The translations under genes and the position numbers were made by a program. This document shows positions 21,004 to 32,786 of a DNA stretch of 64,000 nucleotides, in pieces. The notes below the pieces were generated by a model. The model was given only the letters and a program-made list of their open reading frames with translations, ran no database searches and was not told the DNA's origin. The stretch comes from Dudresnaya verticillata (taxonomy: Eukaryota), in the NCBI GenBank assembly GCA_977862235.1, contig OZ374565.1, forward strand, positions 682,001 to 746,000, given 5' to 3'. Numbering within the stretch: the first letter of the stretch is position 1; every line of letters starts with the position of its first letter.

Positions 21004-23963
21004 CTACGACGATTCCAACTTGTGCAAATCCCATGCAAAGAACCCCACCAGCCCACTCAGCGTCCCCGGCGCTTCCTCTTGGCCTGTGAAACTATAAGGA
21101 TACTTCCGGGACTCACATCCAGGTAATGCGCTGAATCCGTAAAGAGACACGAGCTGTTCTCCTTCCCTCGCAACCTTTGACAACGACACTCCGTGAAGAG
21201 TCTCAGTTATTTTGGAACTCTCAGCACTTCGTTGCACAGATTCTGTTCCGACCTTATCTCCGTCTTGAAGCAGGACTACCTTCGAAGCACCCCGCAGAGG
21301 ATCAGACTCTGAGCCTTCCAGACTAGTTCGTTTCTGTTTGGCGGGTTTGCTGCTCTGTTACAGTTGACGTTATCACATTCTCCTCATTCCGTACTACTTT
21401 CCGTCTCTTCTCAGCGGAATCAGTATCGGTAGTCGTTTCGCGGTGTTGCCGTTTGACGACAGTGAGTGTGGAAGAGCGCTGCTTTTCATTACATACATCG
21501 ACTGCGATTTTCTTCAAACGATCATATGCCAGTCTGAATGTTGCGGGGTTCTGCTCGATGCCCACAGTCGGACGCCCCGTTCTGAAACCTGCAATGCAAG
21601 TGGTCAGGGTACCTCCGTAGGCATCTAAAACGCATCCACCATCGGGACAGAAAGTTTTCATGACCTCCAGTAGAGCCAAAACGTTCTTCTCCTCTACCAG
21701 AACAGGGGATTTGGTCCCTGGCTTCAGCAGCTTTTGTCTCGACACTGGAACACTTGAGAAGGTTGCGAACTTTCGCCGATCTTTGCTTCCCAAGATGTGA
21801 AGTGGACCGGAGAGGTCAGGCTTGAATGTTTCCCCACACGTTCCCCGTCGGCGACCAAACGCGGCTATTTCCGTAGCATCAGCATTCTGTGGTTAGTCAT
21901 TACGATGTCCCTGCAATGCCCTGGTATCTTTGCAAACGGTGAAGGGATATTCCGGGCAATCAAACTCAGGATCACCCAGAGCACGTTGATGCTTTGCGAA
22001 GTTAATGAAACTGCAGAAGATGAAAACCCAGTGACCAGGTTTAACGACCCTTTGACAGAATTCGATGAATTGCTTAATCTCCCCATCGCTGATATGATTT
22101 TCGTAAGATGTACCAGCATTCGAACGACTAGGCAGCATTCCGTGCGGAGGGTCTGTCAGTACGAGGTCGAACAGTGGGCTCGAATCGTTTCGAACGGACT
22201 GGTCATACGTCTGCCACCTCAAGTGGTAGCAACTGATCCTCATGGAATTCAGTGCATCGACTTCTTTAGTACCTCATGTTTCGAGCTTTTCAGACTGTAT
22301 GGTAGACGCGGACGATCGTGTATGTTTTGCATTCCCTTCCAGATGGTCATTCGTGTCCTTCCCGGTGTCTCCAGCATGGCTACTGGTGGTCCCTTTCTCG
22401 TGTTCATGTGTTGTGCCACAGTTGCCATCCTCATTTAGTGATTCCTGCTCGTTTCCCTGCGGTTCTGAAGGGTTTGTTCCGGAACCAGTAGTACTGTCAA
22501 CACATCCCGCGGCGATAGACTTGCAATTCTGTTTATCAACAGGGGCCCCAGGTTTTGGTGAAGGAGTGGAATCTCAACAATCATTGCGCTCGGCACTGTC
22601 ACAGTGCAAGTCCGACCCTTCCAGAGAGGCATTATCTGGACACTGTCCTGAACTATGTGTTGTCTTATTTCCGTCAATGCTCTTGAGCAAGTCGACATGC
22701 TTCTTCTCCTTAACGGCAGCTTCCTGGGGACAGACATCCCTGTACAATTCCAGAATAGATTCCACAATGTCCTTGTTATTTCCGATATTCTCCGCAACCG
22801 CGTCATCCATCTTCTGTGTATTGCGAAGGTTCGAGTGAAGCACCTGCATGGACTCTGGCCACTCGTGAATTTCCCGGAGAGCTTCAAACCGACGAACCTC
22901 GCGAAGAGCGGCGGTGGCCTTCTCAAACTGTTGCACGGTGTACCGGTAAGACAGTGGTTTGAAGTTGCGTAAACGGTGCAATTCTCTCAAACGGTATAGA
23001 GTCGGAATCTGTGCTTGTACACCATCCGGTGCTTTCGACGCGTTCATGAACACTGTTGCGGACTTGAGAGATGTTATATTGATGAACTTGCGGTACACTC
23101 GACAGTCCACACTCTTATTGATGTCCTTGTGATCCACACTTGTAGTTCGAATCGACACCAAATCATCCCTCTCCTCGTTTATAATGTCTCCAATTGTGTC
23201 AATCACTGCGCGGTCAAGGCTAAGGACAGTCTGAGCAGTCTGTGTAACAGTATTGTCCCTGAAATGGTTGCATCCGTCATAGGCTTCAGCAATCCTCGTG
23301 GCCTTCGGAAGTTTTCCGCCATTCCCCGCTGTGAGACGATCTGCCTCCTCTCTCAGGCCTCGAAGAGTATCGTAGAAGGTAGTCGCGATGTAGAATGAAT
23401 AATCGTGCTTGTCATTCTGGTGACGAGCCAATTGTCGAAGTGACTGCAATTCATGGCTCCCTCTCAGAACAGTACCAGGCCATGAGAAAGATTTCCACGT
23501 CTCGTAATCCTCCTCCCGGAGTTCTGTGATAGCTATACGTCTGTGCATCCCGTCCACTACTCCATACCATTTCGCTCGATTGTTTGACATTTCCACGGAT
23601 TCTTTTTGCGAGTATGACGTTCCGTCTTTCTTCAACTTTTGTTGGAAGTGCTCAATTACCAAAGATCGAAAGGACCTCGACATTTCAATTAGAATGGGAG
23701 CGTCAGACCCAGCAACAGATCCAATTGCACTGGCTCGAGGATCGTGGAGGTCCTTGCGCGACACATCAAAGCGCGCCTTCAAACGCTCCACTCCAGACCT
23801 CACAATAGGACGAATGGACGTCAATGGAATACAGGACGTGGGTTCTACTCTTGTGTTGACGGAACCATCTATTAAGTCGGCGAATAGAGCTTTTGCGGTC
23901 TGTGTCGATCGATGGAATCTGTTAAGGTCCAGCACCTCTCGACTTTCGCTTCCCACCACCCAT
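21004..23963 (-). pseudogene. ParB/Srx-like domain + linker + beta-class N6A/N4C DNA methyltransferase + C-terminal domain shared with the transposase
   Basis: ORFs 23959-22574, 22243-21893 and 21793-21323 lie in one frame separated by point stops. Motifs: YGVVDGMHRRIA (ParB), FDLVLTDPPHG (motif IV), RVVKPGHWVFIF, EKNVLALLEVM..F..DGGCVLDAYGGTLTT...GRPTVGIE (motifs X-I-II). A frameshifted tail runs to 21004. Confidence 0.85.
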
Positions 23964-24552
23964 TCCGAATATGAAGGTGATTACCTAGATGGCCGTGAAG
24001 GATTGTAGAGCGAATTCAAGAACTTTGTCAAACCCCGGAAGGGGCGTGCAAGGCGGCAAGTGCGCTTTCCCGCGTTGACCGCACAGACTACCGGTATAGT
24101 CTAAGCCTTGAGACAGACATCACACTATACATCGCATGGAGATCCTGTGTGCCTTCTTTCAGCAACGGAATAAAGATACGTGTCTTTACGTCATGTAACT
24201 GCCCTGGGGACGACCGTACAGTTTGAGTGCAACCGAAACGGTGGTGGACGGGAGATTCTGATTCTCGTCAATCAAATTTGGGTAGGACAACAACGTGTGC
24301 TAATAAGCGTGCCAAGTAATACGTGGGCAATCGGAATGCCATGTTCATGTGATTAGTTCGGTCTCTCTCCCATATAAATTGTGGTGAGAAGCGGGAACAA
24401 TATATCCTGTAAGACATCTCTCACGACAGTTTACGGCACGAGGCAATAGTGAAGACCGAAGCGCGCCACCGTGATGTTGAGATGACTACTGCAACAGGAA
24501 GCGCCCCTCATCGAGTCTCGGAAGTGGCTCACGCTCCGTTACTCAGGACTGC

Positions 24553-25152
24553 ATGCCATTGAACTTGAATCGTGCATGGCACATGAATGGAACTATCGAA
24601 CAGAACAGAATGGAGCACAGAAACCCGTCTGCACACCGTCAATGTCTGACAGAGCTGCAGGACGTAACGTTTGATATGGTGGAAGTGGGCCAGAAAATGG
24701 AGCCCCTGAATGTAGCCGACTTGTGCAAGGACGGGGAGTGTGCGAAGGACATCGTAACACGGATCGGAATGGCTAGATTGGAGAGTATATTGATATACTT
24801 CAGCAGCGCAGGGAAGGAAATAATCGGTCTAGAAACCCTGGGCATCAAGCTCTTTGACAGGTCGGTCTTCAAGAGTTTCATGATGGATGTAATAGGGAAA
24901 GAAGGGCAATACAGTGTGGCAGGGCGCGGGCAAGATTTCGCACTGAGTAACTTCCTCAGAGATGCAAGGGAGAGAGGAATGCAGAAGCTGCGTGAGATGG
25001 CTCCCAACCCTCTGCTTATAGACATGGATAACTTGTCAGCACGAGAACGTCGGCAGTATGAGATAGCAGTTCGCAAAGTCCATGAAGAGAAGCGCAGAAG
25101 CTCAAGAATGAACATTGTGAACAATCCTCCACCGGGTACTCCCATCGATTAG
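24553..25152 (+). CDS. hypothetical protein, 199 aa (transposon-borne)
   Basis: Uninterrupted ATG ORF with globular-looking composition, divergent from the ParB-MTase gene. No recognised motif. Confidence 0.5.
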   Translation: MPLNLNRAWHMNGTIEQNRMEHRNPSAHRQCLTELQDVTFDMVEVGQKMEPLNVADLCKDGECAKDIVTRIGMARLESILIYFSSAGKEIIGLETLGIKLFDRSVFKSFMMDVIGKEGQYSVAGRGQDFALSNFLRDARERGMQKLREMAPNPLLIDMDNLSARERRQYEIAVRKVHEEKRRSSRMNIVNNPPPGTPID

Positions 25153-25361
25153 GATTCGCAGCGTCCGCAAAAAGAATAACAACTACGGACCAAGAAAGGT
25201 TTGTTTGCTAACCATTCCCGACGTTACAGCGGTGCCGCTATAGGGAAAAGATGTGAAGAGTTGGTGTAAACGAGGTCAACTAAACTTCCGAATGGCGCCC
25301 GGTTCTGTCTATAAAAGGGAGTGGTACAGTGTCGATTTGAGGGTTGGTGGAGACGACTTAG

Positions 25362-25631
25362 ATGGAGAGTTGCGATGAAGCACCGGAAGCGTTGGTGCTG
25401 GAGGTGCGGAGACTGCGCGCCGAGCTAGAAGAAGCTCTGGCGCGAGCCAGGCGTCATACCAGTGACGCCATATGGCTTCGCCTGGACTTGGTCGGGCGGG
25501 CACGAGTCATGATTGCGGATGCTGTCGCAGTTGGGGAGGCGGTGAAGGTGGTGCTGGAGGGAATTCTAGTTTTCTTAGGGTGGTGGGCGGTGGAGGTCGA
25601 TGAAGAACACCCGGAGTCTGAAGCGGACTGA
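25362..25631 (+). CDS. small coiled-coil hypothetical protein with an acidic tail (transposon-borne)
   Basis: LEVRRLRAELEE...VEVDEEHPESEAD; TATAAAA about 50 bp upstream (25310). Confidence 0.5.
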   Translation: MESCDEAPEALVLEVRRLRAELEEALARARRHTSDAIWLRLDLVGRARVMIADAVAVGEAVKVVLEGILVFLGWWAVEVDEEHPESEAD

Positions 25632-26357
25632 GGTTTAGGTAAAGGTAGTTGAGGAGTGTTAGTTACAGATAAAGTGAGCACGGGAGCGGTTGTGTATGTT
25701 TATCATGCTGAGGCGCTTGAAGAGGGGAACGGGCGTGAGTAAAGAGTCGTGGTGTGGACTACTACGGGAGACGGCTTTGAGTGCACTTTTGAAGTTGGTC
25801 CAAGTGCATGACTAGAAATGGGCGTTTGTGGTTTTGACCGGGGTGTCTGGCGAGCTGCAGCTCGCTACATGTGTAGGGAACTGCACGGGTGAAGTATGAG
25901 GTTTCCAGAGCGGGAAACGAGGTCTAACTTATTACCACGGCGAATTCACGGCAATGTGGGACAAAATTCAGTACCGGAGCCCAGTCCAAACCACATGGAG
26001 TAGGTCGACGGAGAGGACGGTATACACTGGGAAGAGCGCTACATGAATGCCGTCACACTGTGCAGCACATGCTGTAACGTTGGTGAAACAGGGATTACAA
26101 TGCCTGGGTGGGGTTTTTGGTTGTGGCGAAGGACAACGAGCCGATGTGTCGGTGAGGAGGGAGAGTGTAGCGGGCGAGTGCGAATGCGCAGAGCAAGTCC
26201 TGACGCCTAGGGAAGAGCAGATAGTGCATGGCAGTAGAGAGGTATCGTGCAGTTGCCGGTTGACGAGTGCGCGAAGTTGCACTGGAGTGAGTCCGGGAAG
26301 GGAATTCATGGCAGTTCTGCAGTACTCTGCATGTCATGGGGAGAGCGGCATTGAACT

Positions 26358-26657
26358 GACGAGTAGTTCTGTACTGTTGGGGCAGCGTATACTGCGCGGT
26401 GAGGGGCCCATGGAAGTAGCCTAGGTTACCTCAAAATCCGAATTAAAAAAGCTCAGAAATTGCAGCAAAATTAATTATTTCAGACCGGCTGTCGGGTTAG
26501 CACGCCAACCAACATAACTCGCGAACTACTACTTAGTTCTCTGCTCTGTTTGCACCAGCGTGCTCAGGGGGCCCTCCCCTTTCGAACGCATGTACTTTGG
26601 AAGCGTTTTATTTCAGTCTGTTTTTCAAAGTACATTCTGTAACGCGGGAAACCAGTG
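26358..26657 (-). repeat. right long terminal inverted repeat
   Basis: Reverse complement of 12185-12482; ends CAGTG followed by TTAA. Confidence 0.9.
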
Positions 26658-29044
26658 TTAATAGTCGCATCAATTGTAGATGGTGCGGCGGGTGGGCTTT
26701 CGGACGTCAAGGTAGGCCGGCGTGAAGTGGCGCCCGGGGGCGTAGCGAGAGCGTTGTCAAATTGGCGACTCGGCGCGCGTCGGTTTCGGATGTTGCGTCG
26801 AGGAGGCATCTTGAGGCCACGGAACGAGAATTGTGGGTCATAAAGCTGCAGCTACCCCTAGGGTGAGAGCTGGGACATCAGTCGGCTTAATAGAATTGAG
26901 ATCGGGAGACGTCGTACCTGTTTTCATGTAAATGATCAAAATATGTTTCTAAGTTTCATAAAGGTTTTGGAAATTTCGGTTTCTTCCAGAATGATGAAAA
27001 TTCCGTGAGTTGTTTCCCTAATGCTTGAAATATTTCGGATGCGGGGTGTGGTTATTGGTGTTGACACTATAGTTACTGATATTTGAAAACTGTCCATATG
27101 AGTTTCGAAATGATCTACGTTTTTTGCACGTTTGAAACGTGGCATCAAATATTAGGTCGTTAACTGACATTCTCTTCATATTGCTTGCATTTGTCAATCG
27201 CTGAGCACTGCAGCAAAAATATTTGCACACACCAACCATGACACGCGTACGCGTTGCAACGTTGCAACCAACCTGTTGTGGGGCGAATGTTGCCTTCTTG
27301 CAAGATGGTCAGCTTCTATTATAGTATATTTAGGTCAGTAAGCAGAATGGTCAATATGTTTAGGGCATTTACCGACATTACCAATACTTATACTTTTTCT
27401 ATTCTACACAGGTTTCATGATGCTCTGCTACAGATGAGCATACTCCAGAGGTTTTTACTAGACTTGACTTGCGACTTGTGTTTGGGAGGGCGGCAGCCGC
27501 TAAAGGTTACTACGTGGTTATAACTAATTGCAAAAGCATGCATAGATATGTATATGCCCTATAGGGTCCTAGGGCTGAGATAGGTATGGGACGTATGTTG
27601 AATGACTACTCGGAGCTCTTGATTAATCTCAACTGAGATTCTATGCCTGAGTACATGCCGTCGTATCAATCGATATCTGCGGATAGCTGCAGCTCAATTA
27701 AACTTATCTTGTCTTAAGATATCACTCAGCTCGGATTCGCTTACTTAATTCCTCACGGACCTGGCTATTCATATGACTTGCAACTCCTGTTCTGAATGCT
27801 AGGAGCTTGCAAGCCGGCGATTTTTTGAGGAGCTGACGAAACACAGCAACGAAATCTTCGTCTTCCCTTTTCCCCATACCCCGTTCTTCATAAACACATC
27901 CAAGAGCCATTAGAATTTTATCCCTCTCAAACCCCAGTTTCGAGATGCGAGTCACGACGCATACTAACCGTGATACGTCTTCTTCTCAGCATTTCGTCTC
28001 CAAATCAGCTGCCGCTGCTGCGTTATTTGAGCTGAGTGCCTCGCCGCTAGTTGAAATTGATGTGCGATTTGGACGTGCTCGATCTGTCAGCTCTCCAGGG
28101 AAAACTCCGTACGTTGTCGTGCGCGATAACGAAGAATGATCACAACGAAAACAACTATGCGGGCAAGCGTCTCTATTCTCCCGCTGCACATATGTGACTA
28201 CGTTTCTGTCGGCGGGTTGTGTGCTTTCTGGTCTCGCAGAAAGCGTTACCATCGTAACAAAAAGGACTGTATATATGTTCTGGCGCTTTCCGTCAGGACG
28301 GTCTGTTCCGAACTGACTGTTCTCTACAATTCAGGACCTTAGGGTCCTTCTTGTTAACAGACAGGAAGGCAGGTAGCAGTAATTACTGCCCCACGTAGCG
28401 CTCAGTAGATAATGCCTCTATTCCGTTTATAAACGGCTTGCCGTGGTTTCGGCCCCCTATGGCCGGCCATAGGCCGTACCGTGCCCCATGGAGATGGGGC
28501 GTCATCGAAGATGCGCATCTTTTTGTGATCGATAGACACTTTTCACCTCACGGACAGGTTTCCTTCCGTCAGTGAGAACTTAAGTAAGACAATCAAAGAC
28601 GCTAACTTAAAGTTATTCTAGCACTAATCTGCATATCTGATAGAAGACCTATCGTATTATTGAAAATAGCGGAACGAATATACGTCATTTTCCGATACGA
28701 TGAACTTAACCATGAAGGCCTTGCCTGCAAAATAATCTATCATGATCGGTTGCAGTAAGGGCCGCATCAGTGTACCAGACACATACTATGCTGTAACGTA
28801 CAATACTCAGATTAAGCATCTGATATTCAATATTGAACCGATCTGTTTTGAAGAATTCTACTAATAAATCATCAGGGCTGTTCTATAGAACGGTTATATA
28901 CCGTAGATTACAACAGAAACGTTAACATGAGTAACGGTAGTCAGTTTTTGTCGGTCAATATCGCAAATGATTGTAAAGCCAGTTGCTGCTGGGAAATGGG
29001 AAATGGCATCTCCGTAGCGAACCGTTGGATACTGCAGTAGTTTA

Positions 29045-29098
29045 CTACCAGGCCTGGTAGCTGTTGAAAACCGCAATTGACCGGTCAATTGCGGTTTT
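29045..29098. repeat. two adjacent perfect palindromes (16 bp and 32 bp)
   Basis: CTACCAGGCCTGGTAG (29045-29060) and AAAACCGCAATTGACCGGTCAATTGCGGTTTT (29067-29098). Confidence 0.9.
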
Positions 29099-29327
29099 GA
29101 CCAGCAGCGACCTCATGGCATATATGAAGTATATACTTCATTGGCACAGTCAGTCAATTGATCAACGAAACACATCAAATAGACACTCTTACTCCCACGG
29201 TTTTTTGTCTACTGTCCTCAACACGCAGTATGGCAACAAGCCACAGGATTCTGGAAACATCCGCGACATGCTTACTTCCTCTCCCACGCATAATGATTCT
29301 CACAAACAGAGTCTTCTTGCAGCTCAG

Positions 29328-31130
29328 ATGTTCAATTACGAAAAGACAACCGGAAAGTTTCGTATATCCCGAAACATCTACGCAGAAAAAGTGAAAGTGT
29401 GTGCAGCTCCTCCACCGTACCTTCCTACGTCACCGGGAGGGTACGTAGTGTTCATAAACCTCGATGGATACCAGACAGATGCTTTACAGTTCATAGAAGG
29501 TGCATGCTATTCGCTCAGGAAGAAAGCTGAACGAAAATCTTCTGTCAGGCTATTAAATGAGTCCTTCGATGTGCTTCGAAAGACTCTAACCTGCTCCGGG
29601 ATCAAGTGCTGTCCGCATAACATTTCCCGTTGTAGCAAACCACACTCTGGAGTGTGGGACGAGAAGGCTCTTCGAGAATTGGAAGTTGATTTGGAAGCTG
29701 AAACTCCGGAAAACAACCCGGGTCGGCCAACAAGCTATGCTCAAAGTCAGGAATGGGAACTTGCTCGACAAGTGTTCTTCTTTGGGCAGAACGCGTTTCC
29801 AATTCACTGCAACAAGAGAAGCTGGTGGCTTCGAGACAGCACCTTAACCAGCTCCAGGAGCTCCAAATGTGTACAGACAGGCAAAGAAGAAAACCGAACT
29901 GGGTTTTCAAGGTCGGTAAGGAAATCGTTCTTCCCAGTACAGCCCAAACCCGAGTACGGAACAATGGGACCCCGCCGGCAAGGCGTCTCATCCGAAGCTC
30001 CATGCTTCCGGATTTCATCGGTTGTGCTGAGTGTGGTACCTCAAATTCTTATCGAGATCCGAATAATTTCAGCCTTGCTAAGCTTCCCGCAAAGCTACAG
30101 GGGGCTGATCCACTTCTTGTTGACAAGTTGCTGGCTGATGCAAGAAATGGTATCTTACCGCTATGTCCTACAGCGTTTGGGAATTTCCCACCGCTCCCAG
30201 TTAAGCACACAGGAAAGCACTGTCAGAGGCCTATTCATGGGCAGGAATCCCCAGTGCTTACTCGTCTGAAGTGCGACGCTGAATACCACTTTCTTTTCCA
30301 CTATTACGACGACCAGTCAATCTCCTGGGTGATCGCTGTAGGAAGTGGGGTCCATAGGCACACTTGGCCAGTGGCACGGCCGCCCCCTTCATTGGTCAAG
30401 TCATTCGTAGATTTCCTTAGATCCTCTTCAGCGCCCCAACTTTCAAGCAAGCAAATTGCCGCTGTCCACAGCGGCTAACATTGAAGCGAAGTTTGGCCTG
30501 AACGCCCAACTTGGAACAGTACGGAAGCTAAGAACCCAACTTAATCTGGAGTTGTACCCGTTTGGTCGGTCATTACAGGAATTTATTGCTTCTTTTAAGA
30601 TCAACTTCAATAATGATAGGAAGGACTACATCATGTCAATCGCTGACGAAAGAGAACAAGATGTGGCGAGAAGGACTCGTGATCAAATCGATGTTTCCAT
30701 TATCTTCTGCAATACCGAGCTTCTACAAAGAGCTGTAAAGAAACCAATGCTTGGTTGCGATGGTACATTCGGAACCGTAAGCTGCTACAAGAATGACTTG
30801 AACTTCGAACTCAACACAGTTGTAGCGAGGGACCAGGAAGCAGGGAAAGTGTTCACAGTGATGAGGAAAACAACTTCAAGGAAGACATTGGCATCAAGAA
30901 AGCTTCTTTTAGATGAGCTTGCCTCAAGAATGAAGGAAATGGGACTACAAGACCCTCTGGATCACCGACCTAGAAGAAAAACGTTCACCATGGCCACTGA
31001 TTTCGAAACGACGTATGCTTTTGCACTATGCAGTACTCTGAGCGAAACATTTTCATCAGGCATGTCTATGACCTACATGGATTCAGTTTGTTATGGTGTG
31101 ATGTACATGCGAGGCACATTATCCTGGAAA
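29328..31130 (+). pseudogene. Mutator-like (MULE) transposase, frameshifted and 3'-truncated by LTR sequence
   Basis: LGCDGTF...FELNTV (first catalytic D), MATDFE (second D), CDVHAR (CxxH) in a shifted frame near 31096. N-terminal Cys/His motifs CSGIKCC, FIGC, HRHTWP. Confidence 0.75.
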
Positions 31131-31134
31131 ATGC

Positions 31135-32217
31135 GACTTTCGGACCGCGTTGATCCCGATGCGCCATCCAGATCCGCTCCACAGTGTTGTGCCGTACAGT
31201 CCGTCGGGCGCGCGTGGTGCGGAGATGGCGCCCGCGCGTTAGTAGGCCAATCGTCGATGTCGTGTTCGCGCCAACGGCGAATGTGCCGTTTCAGACGATC
31301 GCCCGTCGGTCGACGTGGCCTAGATACGCCCATGGTGAGGAAATTGTGGTATAGACGTTGTGCGCAAAACGTCTCCGTGGTCTACGTGGAAATAATCGAG
31401 AAATACGAATTTCGAAGTGACTCCGTGAATGCGCACGCCACGATGGCAAACGTATTACAGTGCGCATACTGTGCGCGCGCCACGACGGCATTCGCATTAC
31501 AGCACGCACGCGATACGAAATCGCTGACACCTCCGGACGAATTCCGAGCTGACTTCGTGATCGCGAGCGCCACGATGGCATTCGCATTACAGTGCGCACC
31601 CGATACGAAATCGCTGCCACCTTCGTGATCTTCCCGTTGTTTCCCTCGCGTAACGGCACCGAGGCCCACGACGCGCGTGCACCTCCGTATGCATCGCTGG
31701 CGCACTTCTTAACCGCCACCATACGTGAGACGGCCGTTCGTTGGCACCGAGGCCGTTACGAATCATTCGAATACGAACCGTCTCCCGCGTTGACGTGTAT
31801 TCATGCTCACGTAGTATTACTTAGCCAGTAGTCTGGCAAAACCTCCGAGGGTTTCCGGTAAGCGACTAGCGCCCGGACCTCGGAGTCTTCGGTAAACGCC
31901 TGTTTCTTCGAGTTCGGTGTCTTCTTCTTCGTGACCGCGGATACGGTCGAGCCTCGTTTTCGATAGCCCCGCGCACCCGGAGTCATCCCCGGTGATCGAT
32001 CGCTCGAGTTCTCCCTTCCGCGCACGAATACGTTGACACCGTGGTCCTTCGTGCTGGTCGCTCTGGTCTACCACGCTACCACCCCTTTTCTTTTCTCCGT
32101 TAGGCTACGAGGCCACACGTTAGGCTCCGAGGCCATTCCTTACAGTGCGAGACTTCCCCGCGTCACCGTGGGCTTCGTTATACCACAGAAATAAAAGCGT
32201 TGGCCCCGTGCGCCACA
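31135..32217. repeat. partial LTR (same family as 39213-40042, inverted) split by a nested solo LTR
   Basis: 31150-31344 plus 32193-32217 are the reverse complement of 39213-39432; ends GTGCGCCACA. Confidence 0.75.
31345..32187. mobile_element. solo LTR (843 bp) with internal direct repeats
   Basis: TGTGGTATA...TATACCACA termini; GAAAT duplicated on both sides; three CGCCACGAYGGCA...ATTACAG repeats. Confidence 0.85.
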
Positions 32218-32786
32218 GAAATTTCTTCCATCATACCCTGGTAGAGGGGTGGCCGGCTGCGGCCTTACTCGTACCGCACCAGCATGTACCAGACAGGACA
32301 TGAAATAGAATAAAAGAGCATACATACGGGGTACGAGTCTTCGGGGGGCATTGTTATGGATGGGGAAATTTCTTCGGTACTACTCACAAGGGGCAACGGC
32401 GCATCTGGTGGGGTTGTAAACTGTAAGCCGTGTATGTTGTCGACTGTAATCTGTACTGTAGACTACCTTTTTCTTACTGTTTCGGTGTGTGTCGTTTTGG
32501 GTACTCGTTCCTACTATGAGATGGTGTGGGTCCTTTACGGGAATGGAAGTGATGATGATTGATCGCTGGAGGGGGAGGACACCGGGCGGACGATCCTTGA
32601 AGTACTCATGGGATCCGTACGCATTACAGTATCTTACACCTACCGGGCTCCCCCCCGGCAGGCACCAATACAAGGTATTTTTTCTTTATTTTTTCACGTT
32701 GTTCAAGAACGGGGGGGGCCACTTGTACTATACAGTACTATGCTGACGGTGGGGAGTAGTGCCGGTCCGGATTCGCGTAGCGCCAT

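Larger units (their letters stand above)
12185..26657. mobile_element. large (~14.5 kb) TIR-bounded DNA transposon carrying a transposase, a ParB-MTase fusion and small ORFs
   Basis: ~300-bp inverted repeats starting CACTG (12185) and ending CAGTG (26657); flanks TAAA / TTAA; internal transposase remnant. Confidence 0.7.

Noticed and set aside
21323..23963. Bacterial or phage contamination, or a prophage, as the source of the ParB-MTase
   Set aside because: It is embedded among eukaryotic TEs, decayed like its neighbours, shares a domain with the adjacent transposase, and has no phage genes or operon structure nearby.
27722..28252. Two minus-strand ORF pieces that may be one decayed gene
   Set aside because: No identifiable motif and no link to neighbouring elements.
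31131..31628. C-terminal half of the 390-aa ORF 30456-31628 as genuine MULE protein
   Set aside because: It reads through LTR-derived sequence; a chance fusion.
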